A stretch of DNA of 64,000 nt from Gammaproteobacteria bacterium. GTDB taxonomy: Bacteria; Pseudomonadota; Gammaproteobacteria; Ga0077536. Below, piece by piece: positions 56,873-64,000 of the stretch (position 1 is the first letter of the stretch; each line of letters begins with the position of its first letter). The DNA lies in the NCBI GenBank assembly GCA_035325705.1, contig DAOKZI010000007.1:50189-114188 (forward strand), written 5' to 3'. Made by a program: the position numbers and the translations under genes. The notes under the pieces were generated by a model, which saw nothing but the letters and a program-made list of their open reading frames with translations, made no database searches and was not told where the DNA came from.

Positions 56873-57768
56873 ACGCGGCGAGGCCGCGCGTTCGCTTCCA
56901 TCCAGCGCCGGATCCGGTTCGCGTCGCCGATCGGCGTGAGCTTGCCCCAGGAATTCAGCAGCACGAAGACGAGCGGCCGGCCGCCGATCGTCGCTTCCAT
57001 CACCAGGCAGCGTCCGGCTTCCGCCGTATAGCCCGTCTTCGACAGGCCGATGCGCCAGTCCTTGTTCCCCGTCTGCACCAGCCGGTTCGAGTTGCGGAAT
57101 TCGAGCGTACCGCTGCCCGCCAGCTTGACGGTGTGGCGGGCGGTCGTCGTGTACTGGCGAATCAGCGTGTATTTGCGCGCGGCGAGCACCATGCGCGCGA
57201 GATCCTGCGCCGTCGACACGTTCTGCTGGCTCAGGCCGGTCGAATCGCGGAAGCGCGAGTTCGTCATGCCGAGGGCGGCGGCCTTGCGGTTCATCGCGGC
57301 GACGAAGGCCTGCGTGCCGCCCGGATAGCTGCGCGCGAGCGCCGCGGCCGCGCGATTCTCCGAGGCCATCAATGCGAGCCGCAGCAGCTCGCGGCGCGTG
57401 GCGCGCGTGCCGAGACGCAGGCGCGAGCCCGTGCCCTTGATGTGATCGACGTCGGCCTCGACGATCTTCACGCCGTGATCGAGCGGCAGCTTGGCGTCCA
57501 GCGTCACCATCGCGGTCATCAGCTTGGTGATCGAAGCGATCGGCCGCACCGTACGCACGTTGCGCGCGATCAGCGCGCTGCCTTTCGCCGGATCGACGAC
57601 GAGCACCGCGCTCGAGCGCAGCTTGATGCGCGCCGGATCGACGGCGTGGGAGAGATCGAGGGTGGCTGCGGCGATCTGCGTCGGCGCGGCGGGCAGCGGT
57701 TCGGCCGGTGTGCCGGCACTCGCGAGTGAGATCAGGACAGCGGCGAACGGCGCGAGGAGAGCACGCAT
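56866..57768 (-). CDS. pbpG: D-alanyl-D-alanine endopeptidase (PBP7/PbpG, peptidase S11)
   Basis: Signal peptide. SITK (SxxK), SEN, KTG motifs. 300 aa. Confidence 0.85.
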   Translation of the reverse strand: MRALLAPFAAVLISLASAGTPAEPLPAAPTQIAAATLDLSHAVDPARIKLRSSAVLVVDPAKGSALIARNVRTVRPIASITKLMTAMVTLDAKLPLDHGVKIVEADVDHIKGTGSRLRLGTRATRRELLRLALMASENRAAAALARSYPGGTQAFVAAMNRKAAALGMTNSRFRDSTGLSQQNVSTAQDLARMVLAARKYTLIRQYTTTARHTVKLAGSGTLEFRNSNRLVQTGNKDWRIGLSKTGYTAEAGRCLVMEATIGGRPLVFVLLNSWGKLTPIGDANRIRRWMEANARPRRVG

Positions 57769-57895
57769 CGGGATCTTGCCGAGTTGAGACCGGTCGCATT
57801 CTAGCGCAGCCGCAGCATTTGTCGCGCATCGTTTTGCGCTGGCGCGCCGCGCGCGTCTCGGCTATTTGTAGAGCCCCTTGCCCGCGGAGCGCGCC

Positions 57896-59464
57896 ATGTT
57901 CGCCTTCGATCGACTGCACTCGCTCGCCGACATCACGCGGATCCAGCGCGCGGAGCGCCCGGACGCCATCGCGCAGATCTTCGAGGGACGCGAGACGAAT
58001 TTCGCGACCCTGGACACGCGCGCGAGCCGCATCGCGAACGCGCTGCGCGCAGCGGACCTCGTGCCGCAGTCGCGCATCGCCTTTCTCGGCAAGAACTCCG
58101 ATCGCTACTTCGAGCTCGTGTTCGGCGCGTTCAAGGCGAACGTGGTGATGGTCAGCGTGAACTGGCGGCTCGCGCTGCCCGAGATGATCTACATCATCGA
58201 AGACGCGGGCTGCGAGCTCCTGTTCGTCGGCGCCGAGTACGTCGAACTCGTCGCGCCGCTGCGCGCCGCCTGTCCGCGCCTGCGCCTGGGCATCGCGATG
58301 GACGGGGCCGCCGGCGATCTGCCCGCCTTCGAGGCCTGGCGCGACGCACATTCCGACGAGGATCCCGGCCTCGCCATCGACGCGGACGACGACGTCGTCC
58401 AGCTCTACACCAGCGGCACGACGGGGCACCCGAAGGGCGTGCAGCTCACGACCGGCAACTATCTCGCGCTCTTCCGCACCGCCGAGGCGGCGCGCTGGGG
58501 CGATTTTCGGGCCGGCGATGTCACGCTCGCGTGCATGCCCGTGTTCCACGTCGCCGGGCTCAACATCGGCGTGATGACGATGGCCCAGGGCGCGACCTGC
58601 GTGCTCGTACGCGAGGTCGATCCCGGCCAGCTCCTCGACTACATCCCGCGCTATCGCGTCAATCACGCGTTCTTCGTGCCGGCGGTGATCCTCCTGCTGC
58701 TCCAGCATCCGGCGATCGCCGCGACCGACTTCTCTTCGCTGAGAGCGCTCTACTACGGGGCGTCGCCGATCGCCGAGGATCTCTTGCGCCGGGCCAAGGC
58801 CGTGTTCGACTGCGCCTTCTTCCAGCTCTACGGCCTGACCGAGACCGCCGGCGCGGGCACCTGCCTGCCCGATGCCGCGCACGATCCCGCGCTCGGCAAG
58901 CTGCGCGCCTGCGGCCTGCCGTATCCCGGCATCGAGGTCGCGGTGCTCGGCGCCGACGGCGCGGCGCTGCCGTCCGGCGAGGTCGGCGAGATCGCGATCC
59001 GCGCGGGCGTCGTCATGAAGGGCTATTGGCGACGGCCGGAGGCGACGGCGGCCGCCATCCGCGACGGCTGGTTCCATACCGGCGACGCCGGCTATTTCGA
59101 CGCGGACGGTTATCTCTACATCCACGATCGCGTGACGGACATGATCGTCTCCGGCGGCGAGAACATCTATCCGGCCGAGGTCGAGAACGCGGTGTTCGGC
59201 CATCCCGAGGTCGCCGACGTCGCGGTGATCGGCGTGCCGGACGAGAAGTGGGGCGAGTCGGTGAAAGCAATCGTGGTGCTGAAGCCCGGCGCGAGCGCGA
59301 GCGTCGAGGACATCATCGCCCATACGCGCACGCGCATCGCCGGCTACAAGATCCCGCGCTCGATCGACTTCGTCACCGCCTTGCCCCGCAACCCCTCCGG
59401 CAAGATCCTGCGCCGCGAGCTGCGCGAGCCGTACTGGAAGGGAAAGACGCGGCAGGTCAATTGA
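57896..59464 (+). CDS. AMP-dependent acyl-CoA synthetase/ligase
   Basis: YTSGTTGHPKGV AMP-binding motif, ...GYGLTE..., ...GWFHTGD... 522 aa from the ATG (GGAG RBS). An upstream TTG is an alternative start. Confidence 0.85.
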   Translation: MFAFDRLHSLADITRIQRAERPDAIAQIFEGRETNFATLDTRASRIANALRAADLVPQSRIAFLGKNSDRYFELVFGAFKANVVMVSVNWRLALPEMIYIIEDAGCELLFVGAEYVELVAPLRAACPRLRLGIAMDGAAGDLPAFEAWRDAHSDEDPGLAIDADDDVVQLYTSGTTGHPKGVQLTTGNYLALFRTAEAARWGDFRAGDVTLACMPVFHVAGLNIGVMTMAQGATCVLVREVDPGQLLDYIPRYRVNHAFFVPAVILLLLQHPAIAATDFSSLRALYYGASPIAEDLLRRAKAVFDCAFFQLYGLTETAGAGTCLPDAAHDPALGKLRACGLPYPGIEVAVLGADGAALPSGEVGEIAIRAGVVMKGYWRRPEATAAAIRDGWFHTGDAGYFDADGYLYIHDRVTDMIVSGGENIYPAEVENAVFGHPEVADVAVIGVPDEKWGESVKAIVVLKPGASASVEDIIAHTRTRIAGYKIPRSIDFVTALPRNPSGKILRRELREPYWKGKTRQVN

Positions 59465-59651
59465 GCCCGCGCCGGGCAGCCGAGGGCGAAGTCGGCTCCA
59501 GTATCCGTATCCCATCAGATGAGCGCAGAGAATCCGGGATCGGGCCGTTGGGGAACTCCGCGGGACGTTGAGCTTCCTTCGCCAGCCCAGCGGTGATGAG
59601 GCGCGCTCATCACCCCATAGTTTTCAAACGCGAACGGCGGTGTCGTAAATG

Positions 59652-59817
59652 TCGTAGCCCGGGTGGAGCGCGCAGCGCGTAACCCGGGATCCGGCGCTCG
59701 TCGTCCCTCATGCATTCGAGGAGACTCGGCGCGGTGCGCGCCGAGCATGATCGAAAGTCTCTACGTATCGGGCATGCCCGATCCCGGGTTCCGCTACGCT
59801 GTACCCGGGCTACGAAA
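59652..59817. repeat. Long REP/MITE variant, inverted relative to 17241/29012/29352
   Basis: Arms GTAGCCCGGGTGGAGCGCGCAGCGCGTAACCCGGGATC / GATCCCGGGTTCCGCTACGCTGTACCCGGGCTACGAA. The core is the reverse complement of the other copies (…TATCGGGCATGCCCG). Confidence 0.85.
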
Positions 59818-59873
59818 GCGGCGGGCCGTCTTTCACGGCAAGCTACGGTTCTTCATTCCTCCGTGTCCTCCGT

Positions 59874-60659
59874 TTATCGCCCCGTGAACACCGGCTTGCG
59901 TTTCTCCGCGAAGGCGAGCATCGCTTCGCGCGAGTCTTCGTAGCGGCTCAGCTCCGCGGTCATGTTCTGCTCGAAGCGGTAGCCGTCGCGCAGGCTCATC
60001 TCCTCGATCGTGTTCAGCGCGTGCTTTGCGAGCTTGATCGCGATGGGGCTCTTCGAGGCGATTTCGCGCGCGATGCCGAGCGCGGTGTCCATGAGCTGCG
60101 CCTGCGGCACGCAGGCTTCGACGACGCCGAGCCGGTAGAGCTCGGCGCCGCCGACGCGCAGGCCCGTCAGCATCATGCGGCGCACGCGCGAGTGTCCGAA
60201 CAGACGCATCGCATGCCGGCCGCCGCCGAGCAGGCCGACGTCGATCTCGGGCAGGCCCAGGCTCGCTTCCTCGGCGGCGACGAGGATGTCGCAGGCCGCG
60301 GCCACCGCGAGGCCTGCGCCCAGCGCGGCGCCGTTGATCGCGGCGATCACGGGTTTGCGGCACTCGGTGATCGAGTGGAAGCACTCGCGCGCGCGCCGGT
60401 TGTGCTGCCACAGCTCGCCGGCCTCGGGCTGCTTGCCGGCGCGGCCCTTGATGTCGGCGCCGGCCGAGAAACACTTGCCGGCCCCGGTCAGCACGATCGC
60501 GCGGCACTCGTCGAGATCGCTGAGGGTATCGAACACGCGCATCGCTTCCTCGTGGAAGACGCGCGCCTGTGCGTTGACCGGCGGATTGTCCATCGTGACG
60601 ACGGCGACGAAGTTCGCGAGCGAGACGCGGAACTGCGTGAGATCGGCAAAGGCTTGCAT
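59874..60659 (-). CDS. Enoyl-CoA hydratase/isomerase family protein
   Basis: ...LTGAGKCFSAGADI...AINGAALGAGLAVAAACD... RBS GGAG. 261 aa. Confidence 0.8.
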   Translation of the reverse strand: MQAFADLTQFRVSLANFVAVVTMDNPPVNAQARVFHEEAMRVFDTLSDLDECRAIVLTGAGKCFSAGADIKGRAGKQPEAGELWQHNRRARECFHSITECRKPVIAAINGAALGAGLAVAAACDILVAAEEASLGLPEIDVGLLGGGRHAMRLFGHSRVRRMMLTGLRVGGAELYRLGVVEACVPQAQLMDTALGIAREIASKSPIAIKLAKHALNTIEEMSLRDGYRFEQNMTAELSRYEDSREAMLAFAEKRKPVFTGR

Positions 60660-60832
60660 GGCGGCTCCGGAGGCTTGAAGAAGAAAGCCGCAGCATACCC
60701 GATGCCCGCCGCGGCTCGTCGCTCGCGCCACCGGCGCGGCGCTGCGACGGGCCGACTCACCTGATCTCGATCAAGGCCGGCGCTGATGCCGCCGCGTTGA
60801 ATACGCCCGACACCAGAGGGAAGGAGGACGTC

Positions 60833-61249
60833 GTGTCGGTGCTCGAGTGGTCGGACGAACTGCGGATCGACGGCGGTCCGATGGACGAGCTCCACGTCGA
60901 GTTCACGGCGCTCTTGAACGCGCTCGCCGCCGCCCCGCCCGACGAGGCGGTGGTTACGTTGGAGGGCTTCATCGAGCACTGCGAGCGGCATTTCGCCGAA
61001 GAAGAGCAGTGGATGCGCGCCTGCGAATTCCCGCGCTTGTCCTGCCATCTGCTGCAGCACGCCTCGCTGCTGCAGGTCGCGCGCGACGTGCAGACGCGCA
61101 TCGCGAACGGCGAGTCCAATCTCGCGCCGCTGCTCGCGGCCGCGATCGCGGCCTGGTTTCGCGATCACGTGAGCTTCATGGACAGGATGCTCGCGCACCA
61201 CATGGAAGACGTCGGCTACACGCCGCAGCACACCGACGCCATCATCTGA
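60833..61249 (+). CDS. Bacteriohemerythrin
   Basis: RBS GGAAGGAGG 6 nt before the GTG. W.D.L..G...D.EH...F, ...HF..EE..M, ...H...H diiron ligand spacing. An upstream TTG is rejected. Confidence 0.7.
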   Translation: MSVLEWSDELRIDGGPMDELHVEFTALLNALAAAPPDEAVVTLEGFIEHCERHFAEEEQWMRACEFPRLSCHLLQHASLLQVARDVQTRIANGESNLAPLLAAAIAAWFRDHVSFMDRMLAHHMEDVGYTPQHTDAII

Positions 61250-61291
61250 TCACGGCCGCGATCCCGTCGCGCCGCGAACATCGCCCGCACG

Positions 61292-62095
61292 ATGCTACAG
61301 TGCGGGCTCCTCACGCTTGCACCGAGCATGGAACCGGAAACGATCTTCCTCGCCGCGGCGGCGCTGTTCGCGGGCTTCGTCGACGCCGTCGCGGGCGGCG
61401 GCGGCCTCGTGCAGTTGCCGGCGCTGTTCGCGGTGCTGCCGGACGCCTCGGCGGCGACGCTGTTCGGCACCAACAAGGCGGCCTCGATCTGGGGCACGGC
61501 GACGGCGGCGAGCCAGTACGTCCGGCGCGTGCGGCTGCCGGGGCCGATGCTCGTCGCGGCGCTGACGGCCGCGCTGGCCGGGGCCTGGTTGGGCGCGCGC
61601 ACGGTCAGCGCGCTGCCCTCCGGCGTGATAAGACCCGCGGTGCTGGTGCTGCTCGTCGGTGTCGCGTTCTACACTTTTTGCCGGCACGAGCTGGGGGCCA
61701 CGCACGCGCCGCGACTGCAGGGGCGCGCGGCGATCGTCGGCGGTACGATGACCGGCCTGGCGCTAGGCTTCTATGACGGCGTGTTCGGTCCGGGGACCGG
61801 CGCGTTTCTGATCTTCGTCTACGTGCGCGTCTTCGGTTACGACTTCCTGCACGCCTCGGCGGCCGCCAAGTTCGTCAACGTCGCGACCAATGCGGCGGCG
61901 CTCGCCTACTTCGTCGCTCACGGTCACCTGCTGTGGCCCATCGCGGGCCTGATGGCGGCATGCAACGTCGGCGGCGCCGTGCTCGGCAGTCGACTGGCGC
62001 TGCGCTTCGGTGCGCCCTTCGTGCGCCGCGTGTTCCTGCTCGTGGTGTGCGTGCTGATCGTGAAACTGGCCGTCGACGTCGCCACGGCGGCGTGA
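61292..62095 (+). CDS. TauE/SafE (TSUP) family sulfite/anion exporter-like membrane protein
   Basis: Two internal repeats of 4 TM with the ...GGGGL...P motif. An alternative start lies at 61328. Confidence 0.7.
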   Translation: MLQCGLLTLAPSMEPETIFLAAAALFAGFVDAVAGGGGLVQLPALFAVLPDASAATLFGTNKAASIWGTATAASQYVRRVRLPGPMLVAALTAALAGAWLGARTVSALPSGVIRPAVLVLLVGVAFYTFCRHELGATHAPRLQGRAAIVGGTMTGLALGFYDGVFGPGTGAFLIFVYVRVFGYDFLHASAAAKFVNVATNAAALAYFVAHGHLLWPIAGLMAACNVGGAVLGSRLALRFGAPFVRRVFLLVVCVLIVKLAVDVATAA

Positions 62096-62132
62096 ACCTC
62101 ACGCGCCTCGCGCGCGTGAGGTGCGCTGCGCG

Positions 62133-62642
62133 CTACTCGCCGAGCGCGTCGATGCAGGCCTGGGCGACGACGCCGTCCTGCTGGGCGCTGCCGCCCGAGG
62201 TGCCGACGGCGCCGACGATCCGGCCGTCCTTCACGATCGGGAGGCCGCCTTCGATCGGCAGCGCGTCGGGCAGGCGCAGGATGCGCAGTGCCGGGCCGCC
62301 GGCAGCGACCATGTCTTCGAAGACCTTGGTCGAGCGCCGGAAGGCGACGGCGGTATACGCCTTCTGCCGCGCCGGCTCGACCGAGCCGAACTGCGCGTCG
62401 TCCATGCGCTCGACGAGCACTTCATGCCCGCCCGGATCGACGACGGTGACGACCATCAGCCATTGGTTCTTGGCCGCGGCGTCGCGCGCGGCAGCGGCGC
62501 AGTGGCGCGCGGTCTCGAGCGTGATCGCCGGGCCGTAGGGCAGCGGCGAGGGAGGCGGCGTCGCCGGCGCTTGTGCGAGCACCGTCGCCGACAGGGCGGC
62601 GAGGCCCAGCGCGGCGCTCAGCCGAGTGCGGAATCCAGACAT
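62133..62642 (-). CDS. GlcG/HbpS-like heme-binding protein (DUF336), periplasmic
   Basis: RBS AGGAG. Signal peptide MSGFRTRLSAALGLAALSATVLA. ...GGLPI.KDG.IVGAVGTSGG... 169 aa. Confidence 0.75.
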   Translation of the reverse strand: MSGFRTRLSAALGLAALSATVLAQAPATPPPSPLPYGPAITLETARHCAAAARDAAAKNQWLMVVTVVDPGGHEVLVERMDDAQFGSVEPARQKAYTAVAFRRSTKVFEDMVAAGGPALRILRLPDALPIEGGLPIVKDGRIVGAVGTSGGSAQQDGVVAQACIDALGE

Positions 62643-62805
62643 GTTCTTCTCCTTGGCATTGCGAACGAGGTGCTCGGGCGAAATCGACGGGGACCATACG
62701 GCACTCGCCGGGAGAAGGAAATGCCGCTCCTCATGGACGTCCCCGCGCGCGACTTCGACGGCCTGAGCACGGTGTCCTGTCTGTTCGCACCTGATATGGA
62801 TTGAA

Positions 62806-62952
62806 TTGACCACAGAGAACACCGAGAACACAGAGGAAGAAGAAATTGTTTAAAAGGCACCGCTGCGCCGGCGCATCGATAGACGCCAAGGTTTCGGAAC
62901 TGCCCGATCAACCCGCCCTCTGTGTTCTCTGTGTCCTCGGTGGTCAATTCAG
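62806..62952. mobile_element. Inverted-repeat MITE (CACNGAGAACAC family), copy 1
   Basis: TIRs GAATTGACCACAGAGAACACCGAGAACACAGAGGAAGAAG / CCTCTGTGTTCTCTGTGTCCTCGGTGGTCAATTC (~38 bp) around a ~70-bp core. Confidence 0.85.
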
Positions 62953-62956
62953 AAAA

Positions 62957-62995
62957 CGTAGGTTGGGCTGACGAAGGAAGCCCAACGTGGGCCTT
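62957..62995. repeat. ~40-bp hairpin mini-element, second copy
   Basis: CGTAGGTTGGGCTGACGAAGGAAGCCCAACGTGGGCC; identical stem-loop to 28966. Confidence 0.75.
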
Positions 62996-63002
62996 TTAGT
63001 CT

Positions 63003-63108
63003 TCGTAGCCCGGATGAGCGCAGCGAATCCGGGATCGGATACCGAGCCTTGCGCTTGCGCGCAATGATCCGCCGAACCCCGGATTCGCTGCGCTCATCCG
63101 GGCTACAA
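63003..63108. repeat. REP-like type-C element
   Basis: GTAGCCCGGATGAGCGCAGCGAATCCGGGATCGG ... CCCCGGATTCGCTGCGCTCATCCGGGCTACAAG. Confidence 0.85.
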
Positions 63109-63154
63109 GACATTCGACGCCGTGCAATCATGAAAGAGGCGTGATGAGCTCCCC

Positions 63155-63247
63155 TCCCGGATTCCGCGCCGCTGCGCGGCGCTCCTTCCGGGCTACAAGA
63201 GAACGATCTTCGTAGCCCGGAAGGAGCGCAGCGGAATCCGGGATCGG
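63155..63247. repeat. Two REP-like type-B hairpins in opposite orientation
   Basis: CCCGGATTCCGCGCCGCTGCGCGGCGCTCCTTCCGGGCTACAAG and GTAGCCCGGAAGGAGCGCAGCGGAATCCGGGATCGG. Confidence 0.8.
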
Positions 63248-63350
63248 CGTCTCGCCAGTCCTTACCCTCGGGTCGACGCCATCCCTTTCATAGGGGCTGC
63301 CACGACCGCGACGCTCTTGCACGGCAATCTACGAACTTCGGACAGGTTCT

Positions 63351-63496
63351 GAATTGGCCACAGAGAACACCGAGAACACAGAGGAAGAGAGGAGTTGATT
63401 GGGAAGTTCCGAAATCTCTGCGCCTATCGATGCGTCGGCGCAGCGGCGGCTCCTGACCAATCTCATCTTCCTCTGTGTTCTCGGTGTTCTCTGTGG
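63351..63496. mobile_element. Inverted-repeat MITE (CACNGAGAACAC family), copy 2, inverted relative to copy 1
   Basis: TGAATTGGCCACAGAGAACACCGAGAACACAGAGGAAGAG ... TCTTCCTCTGTGTTCTCGGTGTTCTCTGTGGC. The core is the reverse complement of copy 1's core. A7 tracts follow. Confidence 0.85.
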
Positions 63497-63561
63497 CAAA
63501 AAAACCGTGGGCAAAAAAACCGACCCACCAGCCGGCAGCGAGTTTGCCGTGGTAGGGCGCC

Positions 63562-64000
63562 CTACGATCCCACCGGCGTCTTCGACGCCCGTCCTGCTTC
63601 TTCGCGGACGAGTTTGGGGACGAGGTAGCCGGGCAGGGTGTCGCGCAGTTCGCGCAGGAGGCCGCGGGCGCGGCGGGTCGGCACGAGGAAGTGCGCGGTG
63701 CCGCGCACGCGATCGAGGAGATGCAGGTAGTAGGGCAGCACGCCGGCCTCGAAGAGGCGCATCGACAGCGCGCGCAGCGTCGCGGCGTCGTCGTTCACGC
63801 GGCGCAGGAGCACGGCCTGGTTCAGCAGCGGCACGCCGGCGGCGCGCAGCGGGCGCAGCGCGGCCGCGACCTCCGCGTCGATCTCCTGCGCATGATTGAC
63901 GTGCAGCACCACGACGCTCGCGAGCCGCGTGCCGGCCAGCGCGTCGACGAGCGCGGGCGTCACGCGAGCGGGGATCGCCACCGGCGCGCGCGTGTGCACG
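63562..64000 (-). CDS. epmB: KamA-family radical-SAM protein, EF-P beta-lysylation lysine 2,3-aminomutase-like (C-terminal part; 5' end beyond the window)
   Basis: ...LLNQAVLLRRVND...GVLPYYLHLLDRVRGTAHF...LPGYLVPKLVREEAG... The ORF runs off the right edge. Confidence 0.7.
   Translation of the reverse strand, partial: VHTRAPVAIPARVTPALVDALAGTRLASVVVLHVNHAQEIDAEVAAALRPLRAAGVPLLNQAVLLRRVNDDAATLRALSMRLFEAGVLPYYLHLLDRVRGTAHFLVPTRRARGLLRELRDTLPGYLVPKLVREEAGRASKTPVGS

Overview
This is a high-GC (~68-70%) window from a proteobacterial chromosome. The rpfC/rpfG-like pair and the abundant REP elements suggest a Xanthomonadales/Nevskiales-like gammaproteobacterium. About 60 protein-coding genes are called and no rRNA, tRNA or CRISPR. 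The main blocks are: the 3' Hpt tail of an RpfC-like hybrid kinase followed by an RpfG-like REC/HD-GYP regulator, an outer-membrane beta-barrel and a small PstS-like periplasmic domain; an SDR translationally coupled to a tandem cNMP-binding protein; a VPLPA/PEP-CTERM secreted protein; a korAB 2-oxoglutarate:ferredoxin oxidoreductase with an upstream GltD-like/ferredoxin fusion; a phosphotriesterase; selO with an overlapping thioredoxin-like gene; a MarR-controlled OMF-EmrA-EmrB efflux operon; a cytochrome b561/c' pair; and a LysR-controlled pirin-wrbA pair next to a thiolase. The window carries a heavy load of xenobiotic/redox enzymes (four LLM flavin oxidoreductases, two SDRs, an epoxide hydrolase, esterases, and CoA-transferase/ligase/hydratase genes). 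Nearly every long intergenic region holds REP-like palindromic elements of three related subtypes, a ~160-bp long variant, a ~40-bp hairpin mini-element and a separate inverted-repeat MITE family. The best leads are a REP-associated duplication of a gene tail, the repeat-only 900-bp block at the right end, a low-GC islet with an unknown 209-aa protein, and the RpfCG-porin-PBP arrangement. Coordinates come from the six-frame ORF track cross-checked against sequence landmarks. Start codons are inferred and often GTG or TTG.
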